Assembly: GCF_963921235.1 (NCBI RefSeq)
Contig: NC_086097.1
Location: forward strand, 22,632,001 to 22,696,000
Length of the DNA: 64,000 nt
Direction: 5' to 3'
Origin: Mobula hypostoma
Lineage: Eukaryota
Positions 12,252 through 25,392 of the stretch are shown piece after piece (the first letter of the stretch is position 1; the number at the start of each line of letters is the position of its first letter). The position numbers and the translations under genes were made by a program. Under the pieces are notes generated by a model. It was given only the letters and a program-made list of their open reading frames with translations. It ran no database searches and was not told the DNA's origin.

Positions 12252-13090
12252 CACATCATCAGTGATGTAAGCTGGGGTCACTGGGGGTGTCAGGTCTTTC
12301 AACATCAGACACTCTCACCCAGGCAGCCCAGCAGCTTTGGTCCATGGGTCACAGCTCCTGATCCATACCCAACTGGAGGCATGCTTAGCAGACCTTATGT
12401 TGGTCCTGGTGGCTCTTTTCTTTGCAGACCCTGTAAGGCGAGGAGATAGTTTGTTCTGCACAGCCAGCAGCCAGGAAAACCTCTACATCCTACCTGTACA
12501 GCCTTGTGTCATGCCCTCCACCCCTGTCTCTGGCACTGCTGTACCAGCTCCTGGTATTTGATTTTCTTACACTCAAACACCTCCTCAGTTCCAGTCTTTC
12601 CAAACCACTGTCAGTGACAATAGACAATAGGTGCAGGAGTAGGCCATTCAGCCCTTCGAGCCAGCACCACCATTCACTGTGATCATGGCTGATCATCCAC
12701 TATCAGTATCCAGTTCCTGCCCTATCCCCATAACCTTTGATTCTGCTATCTTTAAGAGCTCTATCCATCTCTTTTTTGAAAGCATCCAGAGACTTGGCCT
12801 CTACAGCCTTCTGGGGCAGAGCATTCCATATATCCACCACTCCCTGGGTGAAAAAGTTACCATGAGCTACCATGAGCACCTGCTTTGAGGTTTCTGGCAG
12901 AATAACCATGTCAGGACTCAGGGATGACGATGCAATGTAGTCAGGGAACTTTGAAACTACCAGGTCATTGTTAGGACCAACATAATTCACCAAGAGTTTG
13001 CAGAGGAGGGAAATCTATTGCACTTTTGCATGGGATCTAGTGCTTCCAACATAGACATCTGTTGAATGCCCTCTGAAATAGCCCTGGGCA
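12252..13090 (-). mobile_element. HERO-clade (RLE-encoding) non-LTR retrotransposon 3' remnant, interrupted by CR1
   Basis: Minus translation KFPDYIASSSLSPDMVILPETSKQVLMV / LTVVW..EEVFECKKIKYQELVQQCQRQGWRA*..VQVGCRGF resembles the RPD..ELTVPWE..KY..L..GW..EVGCRGF restriction-like endonuclease. Confidence 0.75.
12616..12857 (-). mobile_element. CR1 3' end inserted into the HERO remnant
   Basis: FFTQGVVDIWNALPQKAVEAKSLDAFKKEMD; (CTATTGT)n tail. Confidence 0.9.
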
Positions 13091-14879
13091 ATGCCTCACA
13101 AAAATGGCATCCATCATTAAGGATCCCCATCACCCAGGTCGTGCCTTGTTTTCATTGCCACCATCAGAGAGGAGGTACAGAAGGCTGAAGGATACACACA
13201 CACTCACTGTTTCTCCCTCTATTATTATGTATTGCAATGTACTGCTGCTGCAAAGACAACAAATTTCACAATACTTGCCAATAATATTAAACCTGATTCT
13301 GATTCTGAGCACGATTATGGATGGACAGTGAACATCGGCCTTGCTAGCGAGATTTTGACGCATCTGGATGTGGAGAAGATGTTTGAGAATCGCCTTTCAA
13401 TCGCTAGTATTGTTGGAAAATTTACTAATCTATTCATTTTATCAAAATAATTTGTGAACTGTATGCTGTTGATCAGTGGCTCATTGATAAGCCCGCAGTT
13501 TGGCAGTAGTCATGGCAATGAAGTAAATCGATCAAGATAATTACATTGGAGACTGTGTTTTCCACTGGCAGCTTTGGGTGCCTCTATACTGTGGCTTCAA
13601 TGGAGATGGTCCGTCAGGTACTAAGGAGTGTTATAATGAAGGCTTGAAGGTATACTGCTGGGGCAGTCAAAACTATGAAAACTGCAAACACATGGAGACT
13701 AGTCTATTCATTACAGTACAATAAACCAAGCCCAAAGGATAACGATCTGAGGGGGATTTTCTTCACTCAAACAGTGGTGTGAGCGTGGAACAAGTTGCCA
13801 GCTGGAGGTGCTGGATGCAGGTTCAATTTCAACATTTAAGAGAAGTTTGGATAAGTACATGGATGGTTTGGAGGGCTATCGTTCAGGTACAGTCGAAGGG
13901 ACAAGGCAGAATAATTCAGCATGGACTAGATGGGCTGCATGTCCTGTTTCTGTGCTGTAAAGCTCTATAACTCTATGAAGTAGACACACTGCACATGGTA
14001 GCAATTCTTGAGATACCGTTAAGAGGATGTCCACATTATTGAGGTGAGTACTTTGGCCCCTCAGAGTTTCTCTTTGTTTGCTAAGTCAGGGCATAAAAGA
14101 ACGTTTGCAAAGTTGAGGAACAGAAACCAGCAAGTGAAGGACATATGGAATGAAGCAAAAATGTTGGAAATACTCAGCAAGTATCAACTGAGACTGAAAT
14201 AGAATTAATATTTCACATTAATAACTTTTAAAAAGGTCTAATAAATAAAAAGAAATAATTGGCTTTATTTCAGATTTCCAATCCTATCAGTTTTTTCAAG
14301 TTTATTTAATCTATGCTGATAGAAATAACTTCTCAGTTTTGATGCCATCTGGATTGAGATTCAGATTTATTTATCACATGTACATAACAGTTACTTGTAT
14401 GTTGTTTTTTATAGGATTGGTTTTATATTTATTGTGCTTTTTGTTTTTTTCATTGTGTTCTTTACGCTTAATGGATTTTTTATTGGCTGCATCAGATCCA
14501 GAGTTACAAATATTTTAATCTCCTTTATTTGTGTGTACTGAAGAATTTCAATAAACAGTCTTGAATCTTGAATTACTCAATTGCAATAACAACGAACACA
14601 CCCAAAGATGTGGTGGGGGTAGCCTGCAAATGTCACCACACATTCCATAACCAAGATATTTGCTACCTTCTCCTAGTAACAGTTCTAGAAACACACTATG
14701 ATCTAGTATTTTGCACTTCCAGTGGGTGATAAATTTTTAGAAGATTAATTCCTAGTACTTAAATGCATAAATCTCTTTAACCAACACTAGTCACTATAGA
14801 GTTCAATGTACTTGCTGACCCCAAATGCAGAAAAATAATTTTTGCAAGGGATATCAAAATGTGACATTCTTCGTATGAT

Positions 14880-15252
14880 AATGCTTTTCATGCTGTGTTG
14901 CATGACATGGGAGATCATGGTCTTGACCATGATTGTTCTTGGCAAGTTTTTCGACGGAAGTGGTTTGCCAATGCCTTCTTCTGGGCAGTGTCATTATAAG
15001 ACAGGTGACCCCATCCATTATCAATTCTATTCAGAGATTGTCTGCCTGATGCCAGTGGTCGCAAAACCAGGACTTGTGATATGCACCAGATGCTCATATG
15101 ACCATCCAGCACCTGTTCCCATAGCTCCACGGGACCCTAATCGGGGGAGCTAAGCAGGTGCTACACCTTGGCCAAGGGTGACCTGCAGGCTAGCTGAGTC
15201 AAGGAGCACCTTACACCTCATTTGGTAGAGACATATCTGCATCCCACCACCC
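14880..15252 (-). mobile_element. Short non-autonomous retroelement with RTE-like 3' tail (copy 1 of 2)
   Basis: Minus strand GGCAAACCACTTC...TTGCCAAGAA tail motif; second copy at 22012-22385. Confidence 0.7.
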
Positions 15253-15879
15253 TGCATTAACAGTGCACTTTCTAAAGCATTGTGTTTTCCACCTACAGAG
15301 GTGAAATATTTCATACTGCTACTTTTGTTTCTAAACAGGGACATAAAACAGGAGCTATAATGCCACAGTTGACATTGTAAGTGATTTGACATTTAGAGTC
15401 CAATAAACAAAAAGGATTTGTGATCGCTCTGTAAAATCGTGTGTGTTGCTCTGTAAAATTATGCCTGGATTTTCAATCAGCCATCTTATTTAAGGCTTCA
15501 GCTGGAAACCATTCATACAAACTTTGACTAATCACAGCTGAAGCTATGCACTGAGACTATCAACTCTTGGAAGACAGAGCCATGAAACCACTTAATAAAC
15601 CGTGGACAGAACGTGTAATCAGTAACTGGAGGGAGGTCCAAATGATCTTATAACAGCTTCTGAAATACAAATAATACATATAGCTGAACAGTCAACCATG
15701 GACTGTCATCTTGCATTGCCTCTTAATTTTCTGGTACAGGAGCTGAGATAAAGTACTTTCCTATTTTGCCGTGATTCTAGTGCATCAAGCACTCCTATGT
15801 TAGATGGAGTAGTGAGAGTTAAACATAATTTCATAACAACAGTTTAACACCTGAACCTGGGGGACAAAAAACAATCCCC

Positions 15880-16245
15880 TTCTCCTTCCAGATCCCCTTT
15901 AACATGGCTGCCACTCGCAAAGGGATGTCCTTCTATTCTGAGGCTGTGTCCTCTGGTCCTAGACTCCTGCATTATTGGAAGCCTTCTCTCCACATGCGCT
16001 CTATCTAGACCTTTCAATATTCAGCAGGTTTCAATGAGATCCACCACCCTTCATTCTTCTAAAATCCAGCGAGCACAGGTCCAGAGCTATCAAACGCTCT
16101 CATATGTTAAACCTTTCAATCCTAGGATTATTCTTGTGAACTTCCTCTGGACCCTATCCAATGCCAGCACATCCTCTCTTAGGTAAGGGCCTCAAAACTT
16201 CTCACAATACTCCGAGTGCCTTCTACCAATGCCTTATAAAGCCTC
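15880..16245 (-). mobile_element. CR1 3' ORF2 fragment
   Basis: Homologous to 62881-63560. Confidence 0.8.
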
Positions 16246-17448
16246 ATCTTGGAAGCTCTCTGCTGTGGCCACCTCCTTTCTGTCTTGTGCAGGGTCCAGT
16301 ACTCCTAGGACAATATCCCTAATGTGTTCTAACTAATATTTTGTCTGCAACATGACATCTAAACTGTTTTACAAAATGCTTTGACCTACAACGGCAAGAA
16401 CGCTAAAGGCCTTTTTCTCACTTCCCCATCTAACAATGTTGTCAGAATCAGAGTCAAGTTTATTATCACTGACCTATATTGTGAAATTTGTTGTTTTGTG
16501 GCAGTAGTACACTGCAAGACATACAATATACTGTATATCTTAATAAATAAATAGATATAAAAAACTAAATGAGAAAAACAACGAGAGCAAACATAGTGGG
16601 GTAGCGTTCATGGGTACATTGACCATCCAGAAACCTGACTGTGGAGGGGAAAAAGCTATTCCTAAAATGCTGAGTGTCACAGTGTGACTTCAGGCTGCTG
16701 TACCTCCTCCCTTATGTAGTAATGAGAGGAGGGCGTTTCCTGGGTGTGGAGTCCTTACTGATGGTTATCACTTTCAGAGAGCTGTGGTTGTGAATCCCAA
16801 GGTCTCTCTGTACGTCAGTGCATCTTAGGTGCCTGCCATTTGTTCTAAGTAGAATTTGACCTCCCAAAGTGCGTTATCATAGACTTCATCTGCTGTGTCC
16901 AACATGCCAGCTGATTTATGTCCAGCTTTATCTTGGTTATCTACAACTCTACCAATTCTCTACCTGTGCATTCTCATTGTGTCATTTATATATACAAATA
17001 ATAAAGGTCCCAACACCAATCCCAGCCATGCACCATGTTACATATTTCTAGCCAGGAAACAACCCTCCACCATGACTCTTTGCTTCTCATAACCCAACTA
17101 ATTTGGAATCCACGCAATCAACGTGTCTTGGATTCCTTGTGTCTTAACCTTCTGGACAAGCCTATGATGAAAAACTGTATCAAAAGGCTTACTGAAGTCT
17201 ATTTGAAGTCTATCTGAAGTTCATTTCCCTTACGTCATTAATCTCCATGGTTACCTCTTTGTTATCTCAGAATCTCTTCCATTAACTTCTCTACCATTGG
17301 TACATGGTTCACTGGCCATATCCGTCTCTCTAAATCCCTGGTGAAACATCCAACTCCTTCTTGAATACTTTCAATAATTGGGCAACGATTGCTTTCCAGT
17401 CTAGAGAATTCCACAGGTTCACCACATTTTGTGAGAATTTTTTTCCTC

Positions 17449-19225
17449 AAAGTTCAAAGTAAAATTTATTATCAGAGTACATACATGTCACCGCATCCAA
17501 CTCTTTTTCCTGCCGGTATACTTAGCCAGTCATTAGAATAGTAACTGTAAACAGGATCAATGTACAACTAACTATGCAAATACAAATATAAATAAATACC
17601 AATAAATAACGAGATCATGAAATAACAAGATAAAGAGTCCTTAAAGTGAGAACATCGGCTGTTGGAACACTTGAAATAGAATGTGTAGATGTTCTCTTTT
17701 TTCAAGAGCCTGATGGTTGAGGGGTAGTAACTGTTCTTGAACCTGGTGATGTGAGTCCTGAGGCTCTTGTACTTTCTACCTGATGGGAGCAGTGAGAAAA
17801 GAGCATGGCCTGGCTGGTGGGAATCTTTGATGATTGATGCTGCTTTTCTACAGCAACGTTTCATATAGATGTACTCAGTGCTTGGGAGGGCTTTACCCGT
17901 GATGTACTGGGATGAATCCCACTACCTTTTTTTCTGTAGGATTTTCCACTCAAAGGCATTGGTATTCCCATACCAGGCCATAATGCAACTATTTGGTACA
18001 CTTTCCACCACACGTCTTTAGAAGTTTGCCAAGGTTTTGATGACATGCCAAATTTCTGCAGACTCTTGAGGAAGTAGAGGTGCTGTTGTGCTTTCTCTGC
18101 AGTTATATTTATATGATGGGTCCAGCACAGGTCCTCTGAGATAGTGACACCCAGGAGTTTAAAGTTACTGACCCTCTCCACCTCTGGTCCTCTGATAATT
18201 ACTGGCTCATGAACCTCTGGTTTCCTTCTCCTGAAGTCTACAATCAATTCCTTGGTCTTATTGACATTGAGTGAGAGGTTATTGTTACACCACTCAGACA
18301 AATTTTCAATCTCCTTTTCAGTATGTGGATTCATCCTTACCTTTGATACAGCGCACAACAGTGGTGTCATCAACAAACGTGTATATGGTTTATGGATCTG
18401 TACTTAGCCACACAGTCATAGGTATAAAGCAAGTAGAGCAGGGGGCTAAGTACACATCGCTGTGGTGCTCCTGTGCTGATGGAGATTGTGGAGGAGATGT
18501 TTTTGCCAATCCGAACTGACTGGGGTCTGCAAGTGAGGAAATACAGGACCCAATTGCACAAGGGGTTATTGAGACCCAGGACTTGGAGTTTACTGGGGAT
18601 GATGGTATTAAATGCTGAGCTGTAATCAATAAATATCATCCTGATGTATGCGTCTTGGCTGTCCAGATGTATGCGTCTTGGCTGTCCAGATGTTCCAAGG
18701 TTGTGTGAACAGCGTAGACCTGTTGCTTCAGTGGGCAAATTGGAGCAGATCCAAGCTGGCACTCAGAGAAGAGCTGATATGTTTCAACACCAGCCTCTCA
18801 AAACTGTGGATGCAGGTGCTACTGGGCAATTGCCATTGAGGTAGGTTATTACGCTGTTCTAGGGCACCAGTACGGTTGAAGCCTTCTTGAAGCAGGTAGG
18901 TACTACACACAGCTGGAGTGAGAGGTTGAAGGTATCTGTGACTACAGCAGCCAGTTCGTTGGTACAGGTCTTCAGTACTCGGCCAGGTACTCCGTCTGGA
19001 CCAGATGCTTTCCCTGGATTCACTCTTTTGAAGGCAGCCCACGTGTCATCTTCAGATACCAAGACCAAAGGATCATTGGGAGACATGGGGGTGCGTGATG
19101 GTTCCTCACTGTTCTGGTGGTCAGAGCGAGCATAGAAGACATTGAGCCCATCCGGAAGTAAAGTTCTGCTGTTCCCTATGTTGCAAGGTTTAACTTTAAA
19201 GGAGTTAATCATCTCAATCAATCAT
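17449..19225 (-). mobile_element. Rex-Babar-type LINE: RT and DUF1891-like C-terminus plus 3' tail, frameshifted
   Basis: [57 protein letters not shown] motifs. Confidence 0.92.
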
Positions 19226-19259
19226 CTTATCTCAATCTTAGAATCAAGAGAAAAAGACG

Positions 19260-19745
19260 TAGTTCAAAAAGAGAGCAAAAATAGTGAGCTAGTATTCAGG
19301 GTGGTTTCCTTGTCCATTGAGTAATCTGATGGCAGAGGGGAAGAAGCTGTTCCTGAAACATTGAGTGTGTGCCTTCAGGCTCCTGTACCTCCTCCCTGAT
19401 GGTAGCAACGAGAAGAAGGCATGTGGATAGTGAGGGTCCTTAATGAGGATGTGGGCTTTCTGAGGCATTGCCCATTGAATATATCCTTGATGGTGGGTAG
19501 ACTCGTGTTTGTGACAGAGCCGGCTGAGTTAACAACTCTCTGCAGCTTTTTCCAATCCTGCGCATTGACCCCTCCGTACCAGACGGTGATGCGACCAGTC
19601 AGAATGTTCTCCACAGTTCATCTGTAGAAATTTGCTAGGGTCTTTGGTAACATACTAAATCTCCTCAAAATCCTAATGAAATATAGCCACTGGCATGCCT
19701 TCATAATTGTATCAATTTTTTGGTCCCAGGATAGATCTTCAGAGA
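19260..19745 (-). mobile_element. Rex-Babar-type LINE 3' fragment
   Basis: ENILTGRITVWYG...KLQRVV motif. Confidence 0.85.
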
Positions 19746-21067
19746 TTTGTTTAAGTCCAATAGTGTCTTACTAAATTTAGTGTTTTTTTTGATAAGGCAT
19801 CAGATTTGTATGATGAAGAGAGTGCAATGGGTAGACATGATTTGAGTAGATTTTCAGAAAGTGCCACATGGAAGACTGGTAAGAATTCTTAAGTTTGGAA
19901 ATTGATTGGATTGGACTGTGCTTAACCGCAGTAAGTAGAGAATAGTGCTCTACCTGTTGGGACAGCAGAGGCACATCAGACTGGGTTTAAAATAAAAACT
20001 GGGACTGGCTCTTGATGGAGAATGATTTGCAGGTCTAACAGGAGTGAGTTGGGGATGGAGTAACACATACAAAAGGATGAGGGTCTGAGCCCGAAGCGTT
20101 GGCTGTTTATTCATTTCTATAGATGCTGCCTGACCTTCTGAGTTCCTCCAGCACCTTGTGTGTGTTACTCTGGATTTCCAGCATCTGCAGAATCTCTTGT
20201 GCTTTTGAGTAGAGCATAGGACTGGCAGGATTGTTGTACTGGAAGGTGTGCCTGTTTGAGAGGATGAACTACGATGCAGTCTAGCATCTAATTAAATGTT
20301 AAAACAGAGTTAAGATGCAGGACGGTTTGATGGACACAGTTCATAGCAATAAAATACAGGTGCGCTAACCACTTTGTCCCAATGGAAGACTTTGCGTGAT
20401 TACTGTTTCTAATTATATACAATATTAATGAAAATGTTTTCTTATAATTTTCACGTACTGTTCATTTTGAAGATTATGTCATGGGTATTGTGTTGCAGTG
20501 TGAGGTTAATACCTCGCCGACCAACTGGTGCTATTGTTAGAATAGAAACAACATATACTATTACTGTGTGTCATGAACGGAAATTGGATCTGAAGATGGC
20601 CCCTTATATCGTATGAATTCATTGCAGGTTCTGGCGTCAGAGAGGTGCATCATTGACCAACAGAAAGAAACAGGTAGCTTGGAAAATTAATAAATATTTA
20701 GCAGTGGATAACACACTCATCTTTTAAATCAGGGTCATAGTGAAATCATTATGATAGCGAAGTAAAGAAATACAATATAAGTTATGAAAACTATACATAA
20801 AGATGGATAAACAACCAGTGTACAAAATACAACATATTACACAAATAATAAATAAATAAACAATGCTGTTATCAAGAGTTGTAGAAGCTTGAAAGTGAAT
20901 CTACAGATTGTGGAATCAGTTCAAAGGTGTGGTAAGCAAAGTTATCCAAGCTGGTTCAGGTGCCTGATGCTTGTAGGGTAGTAACTGTTCCTCTAAACCT
21001 GGCTGTGTGAGATCTAACACTTCCGTACCTCCTACCTGATGGTAGTAGTGAGAAAAGAACATGGTCT

Positions 21068-21420
21068 GAATTGAATTGAATTGACTTTATTTCTTACATC
21101 CTTCACATACATGAGTAAAAATCTTTACATTACGTCCCCATCTAAATGTGCAATGTGCAATCATAGTAATTTTTAATAAATAGAACAGTCCATGTAATAT
21201 GGAGTACACTCAAGTCAGTGTGAGTTCATCAGTCTGATGCCTGGTGGAAGAAGCTGTCCCGGAGCTTGTTGGTCCTGGCTTTTATGCTGAGGTGCCACTT
21301 CCTGGATGGTAGCAGCTGGAATAGATTGTAGTTGGGATGGCTTGGGTCCCCAATGATCCTATGACCCTTTTTACACACCCATCCTTGAAAATGTTCTGAA
21401 TCATGGGAAGTTCACAACTA
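21068..21420 (-). mobile_element. Rex-Babar-type 3' end with (CAATT)n tail, nested in an older Rex-like 3' end (about 20730-21520)
   Basis: Homologous to 24320-24680 and 27100-27525. Confidence 0.8.
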
Positions 21421-21520
21421 CAGTCTAGATAGTGGGGGTCTTTGATGATGGATGCTGCTTTCTTGTGGAAGCACTCTATGCAAATGTGTACCATGGTGAG
21501 AGGGCTTTGCCTGTGATGGA

Positions 21521-21960
21521 ATGGGATCAGCAGTGGAAAGGGTGAGCAGTTTCAAGTTCTTGGGTGTCAACATCTCTGAAGATCTATCCTGGACCCAACA
21601 TATTGCTGCAATTACAAAGAAGGCACATCAGCAGTTATATTTCATTAGGATTTTGAGGAAATTCAGTATGTTGCAAAAGACTCTAGCAAATTTCTATAGA
21701 CATACCACAAAGAGCATTCTAACTGTTCGCATCACTGTCACATACAGAGGGGCTAATGCACCAGACTGGGTAAAACTGCAGAAGGTTGCAAACTCATCCA
21801 ACTCTGTTCTTCAAAAGGTGATGCCTCAGAAAAATGCCCATCACTTGAGACATGCCTCTTCTCATTCCTACCATCAGGGAGAATGTATAGGAGGTCAAAA
21901 ATGCTCACAACGTTTCAGGAACGGCTTCGCCCCATCCCTTACAACCATCAGATTTCTTGA
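21521..21960 (+). mobile_element. Rex-Babar-type LINE 3' fragment
   Basis: AVERVSSFKFLGVNISEDLSWTQHI..KKAHQQLYFIR. Confidence 0.88.
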
Positions 21961-22011
21961 TGGACTCTACCTCACTACTTTTACTCTCTGTTTGCATGAC
22001 TTATTTATCAT

Positions 22012-22385
22012 CATCATCATCATCAGTATATGCTGCGTCGTACGACGTGGGCAATCCTGGTCCCGTGACCATGATTGTTCTTGGCAAATTTTTGTTCAGA
22101 ACCGGTTTGCCATCGCCTTCTTCTGGACAGTGTCTTTACAAGATGGGTGACTCCAGCCAATATCAATACTCTTCAGAGACTGTTTGACTGGCATCCGCGA
22201 TCGCGTGACCAGGACTTGTGATATGCACCAGCAGCTCACACGACCATGCACCACCTGCTCCCATGGCTTCACGTGACTCTGACCAGGGATCTAAGCAGAT
22301 GTCACTCCTTGCCCAAGAGTGACCTACAGCTAGCGGAGGGAAGGAACTCCTTACACCTTTGCTAGAGACGTATCACTACCTTCCT
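22012..22385 (-). mobile_element. Short non-autonomous retroelement with RTE-like tail (copy 2 of 2), (TGA)n tail
   Basis: Aligns by eye with 14880-15252; (CAT)n at 22010-22024. Confidence 0.7.
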
Positions 22386-22479
22386 ACCCGCACCACTTAT
22401 TTTATATAATAATTCTATATAATATATTGATTTCTGCATTGTAGCATACTGTAGATTGCGCTCCAGAATTTCTTTCCAC

Positions 22480-23089
22480 ATTCCTGGTCCCCTCTTACCC
22501 TTTCTTCTCGACCCTGGAAGCGGTGCGCCTCTCACGAGTGGGTGAGAAGCCTCAGACAACGACAAGGGTGGAAAGGTACGATCAGCGGGAACCCGGTGTG
22601 TGTCCGCCCTTGCCTGGGTGCCGGGTTCACTGCAGAGGATCGACCGCAGCTGGAGGAGGGGTCACAGTCGGTGACCTCAGGTGACATCACCAAGGACCCG
22701 CCCAAAAGCTGTTTGTGAGCCATCTCGCTGGTCTGTGAGCCATCTTGCTGGTCTGTGAGTGAAGCCGTTCTGAATGATCAGTTGTTCCTATTCTATGTCT
22801 CTCTTCCCCCACCTTGTCCATCGCCATGGCAACGATTACTGCGAACTGAACTTTGAGTCATTTTGAAATTTGGTCATTTACCCCTAGACAACGATAGAGC
22901 TTGATTGATGCTGTTATCTTAATTCTGTGCACATGTGTGGTTATCATTGTTGAATTGTTGCATTTATTATCCTTTCGATTACTGTGTTGCTTGTTTCTTT
23001 AATAAAACTTTCTTAGTTCTAGTACTCCAGACTCCAACTGAGTGATCCATTTCTGCTGGTTTGGCAACCCAGTTACGGGGTACGTAACA
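22480..23089 (+). mobile_element. Probable LTR fragment (5' part missing)
   Basis: CpG-rich, AATAAA at 23001, ends ...GGGGTACGTAACA (CA terminus); 20-bp tandem duplication at about 22719-22760. Confidence 0.55.
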
Positions 23090-23094
23090 TAAGT

Positions 23095-23415
23095 AACTGG
23101 CCCATCATCATCTTCTGGTTGCTCTTCTCCTTCCATTCATTCCATGGTCCACTGTACTCCTCCTTTCAGATTTATTCTTCCTCAGCCCTTTAGGTTTTCC
23201 ACCAATCACTCCCAGTTTCTCACTCCATCCTCCCTCCCCCTCACCTAGTCTCACCTAGTCTCACCTAGCACCTGCCAGCTCGTACTCTTTCCCATTTTCT
23301 CCCCCACCTACTTGTTCTGGCTTCTTTCCCTTCCCTTTCCAGTCCTGATGAAGGGTCTCAACCCAAAATGTCAACTGCTTGTCCTCTCCATAGACACTGC
23401 CCGATCTGCTGAAGT
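23095..23415 (+). mobile_element. Penelope-like element 3' tail
   Basis: Pyrimidine-rich tract followed by CAGTCCTGATGAAGGGTCTC; reverse complement of 51130-51370. Confidence 0.75.
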
Positions 23416-24319
23416 TGCACTGTGCATATGTTACTTCAGAAGTATTCTGTAACCATAACAGATTTTGGGGAGGTCTAAATGGAACTGTATGAGAATGCAG
23501 GTCCTTTATTTTGTAAACAGGTTTCCAAAAAGTGGGAAAATTGGTAGAATTAATATCACCATAATTACTGAGAAGAATGTTGAGGAGGGAGGTGGTTATA
23601 GAAACCTGACTGTGGGCCCAACAAATGTTGAAAGACCAAATGTGAAGTCATTTTGTATAAGATTTGCACACAATAACCGCACTGTCTTTTGTTCTCGTAG
23701 CTGTTCTCACCTGAATTCCAAAGAACAGTGTACTGGAAAATATATGCTCATAAAACCTATAAAAATTGTGAATTTACATTTAAGGGCTTATAATTGATCA
23801 TTTAAATGTGATATGAGGTTTGGGAGTTATCCAAAGCTGGTTTGGCTTTAGTATTGGCCCAAGATTCTCAGCTATAGGCACATTACTATTCTGAGCTGAC
23901 AGATCCTAACTTCCCTCCTGAGGGGAATGAATTCCTTATGTCATATTGCTGCTGAGTGATGGCAGAAATCGTAAATTACAGGAAGTGCTGAATTATGTTC
24001 TGCAGATGTTTATCTATTTTGGGCTTCTGTATATTTGATTGTACAGGTGAGCACCCTCATAAATTTTTGAGGAAGTTGAAGGGGAACAAAACAGTGAAGA
24101 ACAAGAATCAGAATTAGGTTTATTATAGAACATAGAATTATAATAATGCATTATAATACAGTACAGGCCTTTTGGCCCACAATGTTGCGCTGACAATTTA
24201 TCTTGTTTTAAGATTAATACAACCCTTCAATTATCACTGACATTTGTTGTTTAGTGGCCGCAGCATAGCACAGTACATGATAAAAATTACAATAGGAAAT
24301 ATCAAAGATAAGTAAGTAA

Positions 24320-25392
24320 TGAATTGAATTGACTTTATTTCTTATGTCCTTCATATAGATGAGTAAAAATCTTTACGTTATGTCTCCATCGCAATGTGCA
24401 ATTTATAGTAATTTATAATAAGCAGTATGTACAACAGAACAGTCAACATAACATAGAAATACAATTGTATCAGCGTGAATTAATCAGTCTGATGGCCTTG
24501 TGGAAGAAGCTGTCCTGGAGACTGTTGGTCCTGGCTTTAATGCTGCAGTACCATTTCCTGGATGGTACCAGCTGGAACAGTTTGTGGTTGGGATGACTCA
24601 AGTCCCCAATGACCCTTCAGGCCCTTTTTATACACCTGTCCTTGTAAATGGCCTGAATAGTGGGACGTTCAAATCTACAGATGCACCAGGCTGTCTGCAC
24701 CACCCTTTGCAAAGTCCTATGATTGAGGGAAGTACAGTTCCCATACCAGGCAGTGATGCAGCCAGTCAGGATGCTCTCAATTGCGCCCCTGTAGAAAGTT
24801 CTTAGGGTTTGGGGGACCATACCAAACTTCTTCAACCGTCTGAGGTGAAAGAGGCACTATTGTGCCTTTTTCACCACACAGCCGCATGTACAGGCCACGT
24901 GAGATCCTTGGTGACGTGTATGCCAAGGAACTTAAAGCTGTTCACCCTCTCAAACCCAGATCCCTTGATGTCAATAGGGGTTAGCCTATCTCCATACCTC
25001 CTGTAGTCCACCAGTTCCTTTCTTTTTGCAGCATTGAGGGTTAGGTTGTTTTCTTAACACCTCTGTGGCAGGGTGATGACTTCTTCTCTGTAGGCTGCCT
25101 CATTATTATTTGAGATTAGGCCAATCAGTGTAGTGTCGTCAGTAAATTTAATTAGCAGATTGGAGCTGTGGGCGATGACACAGTCATGGGTATACAGAGA
25201 GTAAAGGAGGGGGTTTAGGACACAGCCCTGGGGACACCTGTCTTGAGGGTCAGAGGGGCAGAGGTGAGGGAGCCCACCTGCTGGCAATCTGACAGAAAAT
25301 TCAGGATCCAGGCACACAAGGCAGAGTGAAGACCGAGGTCTCTGAGCTTCTTGCCGAGCCTGGAGGGAATTATGGTGTTGAATGCTGAACTG
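24320..25392 (-). mobile_element. Rex-Babar-type LINE 3' half
   Basis: [58 protein letters not shown]; (CAATT)n tail. Confidence 0.92.

Noticed and set aside
18643..18692. 23-bp tandem duplication
   Set aside because: Ordinary slippage within a dead LINE
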